A stretch of DNA of 64,000 nucleotides from Vicugna vicugna. Lineage: Eukaryota. Shown here piece after piece: positions 59,512-64,000 of the stretch. How positions within the stretch are numbered: the first letter of the stretch is position 1; each line of letters starts with the position of its first letter. The translations under genes were made by a program, and so were the position numbers. A model generated the notes under the pieces. It was given only the letters and a program-made list of their open reading frames with translations. It made no database searches and was not told the origin of the DNA. The stretch lies in NCBI GenBank assembly GCA_013265495.1, contig MU057801.1, forward strand, positions 2,508,765 to 2,572,764, written 5' to 3'.

Positions 59512-61597
59512 ACACAGAGGAGCTATTGGTGAAGGAGGCTCTTCCCACATCTTCCTTAAAACTGAGATGGAGACTCACAAACCTGAAGGAAGTTGGCACA
59601 AGTTTCACAGACAGCAGTGGCCTTTGGTCTTCTCACTCCCAGTGTCCCAGCATCTCCGCCAGCACTCATTGAACAAATCAGCCTCAGGATTCCCGCCCTC
59701 TCCCGACGTGTTGTGACGAAGCCCTGCTCCCAGCAGGGGCCTGAGCCGGCTGTGCGAGCAGGAGTCCCAGGCGACCAAAAGTGATGAGGTGGTGAGGCAG
59801 CGTTTTGCGGTTGTGACGTGGCATCTAAATGTTAAAGACCGATCCGGTTCTGAATGCTTCGGTAACTGTCTCCACTGCCAAATCACAGGCTTTTCCGTGT
59901 GTGCTGAAGGCAAATTTTAATTGTTTCACTGAGGATTTGCAGGCAGCTCTTGGGCCCTGGTGGGAACACGTCTATTATCTGCTTGGCAGAAGTACCGCTG
60001 TTTACACAGGAGGCTCCTGCCAGCGTCGGGTTTAGGGAAGCCCAGCACCTGGCGTCCTCCTAACGCGTGCGGACTGGGCTGCGCGAGAGGAGGCCGCGAG
60101 GGCCTGGCCGCCAGGCATCCCGGGCGCCCGGCTGAGCGCATCTCTAATTAACTTAACTCTCGTCATCAGCTGCCTGAGTGGTCGGCTCTGTTCTCTTTCA
60201 GCTCGGAGGTGCTGCTCTGAGGGCGCTGCGTGTGTCAAGTGTGACAGTCACAGCCCCAGATCTTCGGCACGTGAGGGTCTCATCGGGCACAGACCTCAGG
60301 TCCTGTTTGTGAGCTCGCGCCCAGCCCTCCCTCTCACTGACCTTCACGGCTCCCTGTGGGAGGAGGGGATGGGGGCAGGAGGGGCCGGGAGAGACAGATT
60401 TTTTTAAAAAATCCAAAACTGCTCGCAGGCTCAGAGAAAGGGACAACAGGAGGAGGTTCGAGTTCTTCGCTTGTCTTTCCTTCATTGCTCGGCCTCCGTT
60501 TGGAAAGGATGACGCTTACCGCTCCGGTTTCCAAAACTGTCTTTTGATTTCTCTTCCTAGTTATTTCCTCAGAGCAAAGCATCTGTTAAACATTAGAAGC
60601 GAGCTTGAGAGAAATGCAGCGTGGAAGGTACCGTCCCGGTTTCTACGCGGACAGGTCTGGGTGTAATTCTGCCGTCATCGTGACACGGGGTTCCAGGCCA
60701 CCAGCTGCGTGCCTCATGTTGCTCTGCATTTCGCAATAATAAAGGCATTGATGTATAAGCCGAAAACACAGGGGACGCTCAGATTCCTTAACAGCGGTGT
60801 GCCTCGTGGGACAGATGCGGGCGGAGCGCAGCCCCGCTCAGATCTGCCTCCGACGGGGAAGGCGGAGGTGGAGGCTGCGGCCCGGGCCTCCTGACTCTGA
60901 GGCATCAGCCGCGTTGGGGTCGCAGCTCCCCGCTCAGCGAGGAGGCAGGCTCAGGGCCCCCTCCGTCTGCAGGTTGCATGGCCCGTCTGACCGTGGGGTT
61001 TCTCTGGTCTAGCTGATGTGGGGGAGACCCCCCTCTGCTTGCAGCCACTCTGTTCTGGGCCGTACGCGAAATGCTCACAGTCGTGGAAACTCCAGCCACG
61101 GACCCGGCTACGCAGAGCACCTCTGTACCACCTGCTGTCAGAGACGACGTCGTGATCTGTGCTCTCCCAGGCTGTGCCGCCCTGAGGGTCCTACAGACAT
61201 CGGCCCCTCTGGCCGCGTCAAAGCAGCTGAGCTTGGAGGGGTCCCGACTGCACCCCGGCCATGTCACCAGTGTGCCCGGGGCTCCCTCCCAGGCCCGTCA
61301 CCCACACTGTCCCCAGCCCGTCTGCCCGGCTGCCTCTGTGACATCACGGCCCCTGGGAGCCGTACTTCAACAACACACGCAGCGTTGTTGGAGCAGGCGG
61401 CCCAGAGTCCATGACAGTAGGTGTCTGATGTGTGCAGTGGCACCCAGGACCCTCAGAGAAGCGCCCCCCTTCTCCTGGCCCCCGGCCCCTCTGCCAGGGT
61501 CTCCCCAACACCGCCCATGCCCGTCCTGCCTCTGGGCCTCCGTTGCACGCTGTCCCCTCTGCCTGGAACATGGCTCTGACACGTCGTCACCTGCTGG

Positions 61598-63680
61598 CTT
61601 TTAAAACCCTTTATTATAGAAGATTTCCGACATACATGGAAGTAGAGAGAACTGGATAGCAGACCCCAGGTGCCCATCAGCCAGTCTCGCTGACTATCGA
61701 CTCACGGCCAACCTCGTTCTCTCTGGAGCCCGCCTCCTCCCTCTACAGGCGATCTTTAAACAAATCCCAGACGTTCAGTCAGCTGTTTCACCTGTAAACA
61801 CCGTGTAAATGCTTTGATATGAGTCTCTGAAAGCAGGTAGCTCTTTTGTAATCCTCATTATAACCTCCCAAAAATTAGCAACACCTAAAAAAATTACATA
61901 ACATCTCCGTGTCTGCTGTCTAGGCAGCGTCCTCATTGCTCCCTGGTCTCAGTGTGTAACTGTACGTGTGCGCAGTGTATCAGAAACAGAAATATGCAGA
62001 AATGTAGGGAGACACGTGTGTGTGCACGTGTGCATGTAAGTGCACGTATGTGCCTGTGCACACACACAGGCAGGTGTGTGTATCAACACACACATAAAAT
62101 ACAGTTAAAAAATCTCAGCTCATCTGTTGGAATTAGACCCAAACAAGATTGATATATGCAGTTCGTGGCTCAGCCGTCCAAGTCTGTTAAATCCGTAGAC
62201 CCCCGTCCCGTGATCCTTGCGATTCTGGGGTCATTTTTCCCTGTAGGGGCGTCCCCGTTCTGGCCTTTGCTGGCTTCGTACACCCATGTTCTTGAACATT
62301 TGACATGTTCCTCTGTCGTCTGAATGTCCTGTAATTGGTAGTTAGATGTGGAGACAAGAAGAAAGTAAGGCTGTGCTGTGCTGTGTCGTGTGGTGTGTGT
62401 TCGGCAGGAAGGCCTCTCGGGGGTGACGCGGTTCCCGCCCGACGGCGTCCAGTCCGTGTCTTTGTTCCCGCAGGGCTCGCAGCCGCCGACACCCGCCTGG
62501 CGCCGCCCGCCCGCCCCTCTGGCTGCTGCGTGGCCGTGGCCGTGGCCGTGTTCGCCGATTCCACAGGAGGCGCCGTGGGCCGACCGCATCTGCGGCCCGC
62601 GGGCCTTCAGCTCAGGTCAGTCTCAGTCGCTGTGACGCCTCTGACTCACTTTCCTGCCTCGAGTCTTCCGGGGGCTCCTCCACCGGCTTCTGCTCCGCAG
62701 CCCTTCGTGGACAAGCCCGATGACAGCCTGATCTCCTGACCCCTTTGAGGGACCCAGGCTTCTCTGCTGAGTAACCAAAGGTGTCCTTGCTTGTTTCCCT
62801 TCACCCCTTAGTAGAAGTGCTGTGACTTAGCCGGGGCGGGGCTTCCTCCGGCCGCTCTCCCGGGCGCCGGCTGAGCCTTTCAGCGTTAACTGCAGGATCG
62901 TTTTCTCCAGCCCAAGTTGCCGTGTTGGGCCTTGTCCGCTGTCTTTCTTCCCGCAGCTTCCTTTTATGTGCTTGGTGGGTTGTCTTTGCCTTTGTTCTGC
63001 ATTCATCACTTTCTTTCAAAATATTCCGAGCACTTGACGCGCACACGGGGAAACGCACGCTCTGGTGCTGAGGTCTGGTAGCGGACGCGTGCGCCCAAGT
63101 CCCCTCTGCCTTCCTGGGACGCGGGGACTGCATCTCCCGGAAGGCCCCCGTGTGCCGTCCGCACAAGATGGCCCTCCTGCGCTGATCCAGGCAGTGCTCT
63201 GCATCCACGTCAGAGCGCTGTGTCTGCCGTGGAGTTTCATATAAATTGAAGTGTTCACGCTTTTTAATTTAAAACGTTTTTCTGTTTTCCATCTGCTGTT
63301 TCTGTTAAGGGATGATTCACCGTGTTTATTCAGTCCCGTTCCCTCTGGGTTGGCCTTGGCTCCTGAAATTTCTTTGTCTTTTACTTCTGTCTCTTGCCTG
63401 AATTCTGTCCACGTGCTTCTCTCAAACTCCGGTGCTTCTGAGTGCTTTCCCAGTTCCCATTTTCCTTGCTCTTCCGATTGCTCCCGTCTTCCCGGCCCTC
63501 TTAGCTCTGTGAAACGTAGCTCTCCGGGTCACGTGGGCCTGGCTTCCGGGCATGTTCGTTGTGCAGCTACTGTTACGGCGTAGTGGCTTTGCTTTCCCTT
63601 GGTCCAGCGTTTGAGCCGATGCTGTGCCTTGTGACCGTCAGCAGTCGATAAATACGTGTTTTATTGAACTGAAAGCTGCA
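61598..63680 (-). mobile_element. L1MC-type 3' region, antisense, fragmented
   Basis: ctttattatagaagatttccgacatacatggaagtagagagaac, aaacaaatcccagac, ctgtaattggtagttagatg, cagcctgatctcc; 61598-61908 is best supported and the distal boundary is uncertain. Confidence 0.6.
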
Positions 63681-64000
63681 CAGTTGTGGTCGTTGTGAGG
63701 TTTTCACCGCCTCCGACCCCTAAAGCCCTGAGACTCGCGGGCCACGAGCAGGGAGACCTTGAGGCTTTCCTCACGCCGCCACTTCGTCAGCGAGGCCGCT
63801 TCCGTGAGCGACGCGCCAGAGACGGCACAGGCGTTGAGCAGCAACGCTGAGGCTCCCTCCCTGCCTCCAGCCTCTCACCTTAGCCCTCCGTGTGCCCGTC
63901 AGCCTCGACACAAGGCAAGGCATGTTTCTCACACGTGAAGGGTGCGCCGGCTAGCCTGCCAGCCTCTGCCGGTTTCCCTCCACTGCCCGTCAGCGTCCTC

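Noticed and set aside
59381-59716. His-, Thr-, Val- and Gly-rich ORFs
   Set aside because: Translations of the (GGT/GAT)n microsatellite.
62474-62615. CpG-rich 142-nt exon-like segment with acceptor and CAG|GTCAGT
   Set aside because: Lies within the GC-shifted antisense L1MC remnant; no frame resembles a known protein.

Overview
This is mammalian genomic DNA, very likely camelid: it carries a tRNA-Ala-derived short SINE with the camelid-type tail and a cetartiodactyl-type L1 3' end. It is a GC-rich draft-assembly region with four N gaps. I find no recognisable protein-coding exon of a host gene. The ORF track is explained by high GC content, low-complexity repeats, N runs and one L1 ORF2 fragment. 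The central landmark is a ~1.4 kb CpG island (~28.9-30.3 kb) with an ATG-free putative first exon ending in a perfect GAG|GTAAGT donor, plus further donors. This suggests the 5' end of a + strand gene whose coding exons lie beyond the window; I cannot name it. The rest is intergenic or first-intron DNA with L1, L2, MIR, MaLR LTR, hAT (MER5/MER58) and SINE remnants, plus mini- and microsatellites. Nothing supports a novel coding or defence system. The best leads are regulatory or evolutionary: tandem duplications building transcription-factor site arrays (a perfect DR4 in an LTR, an AGGTCA minisatellite, a T-box half-site minisatellite), strong AT-to-GC substitution bias in old repeats, candidate exons of a divergent antisense transcript, and a microexon-like element. 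Repeat subfamily names come from remembered consensus sequences and need RepeatMasker/Dfam confirmation.
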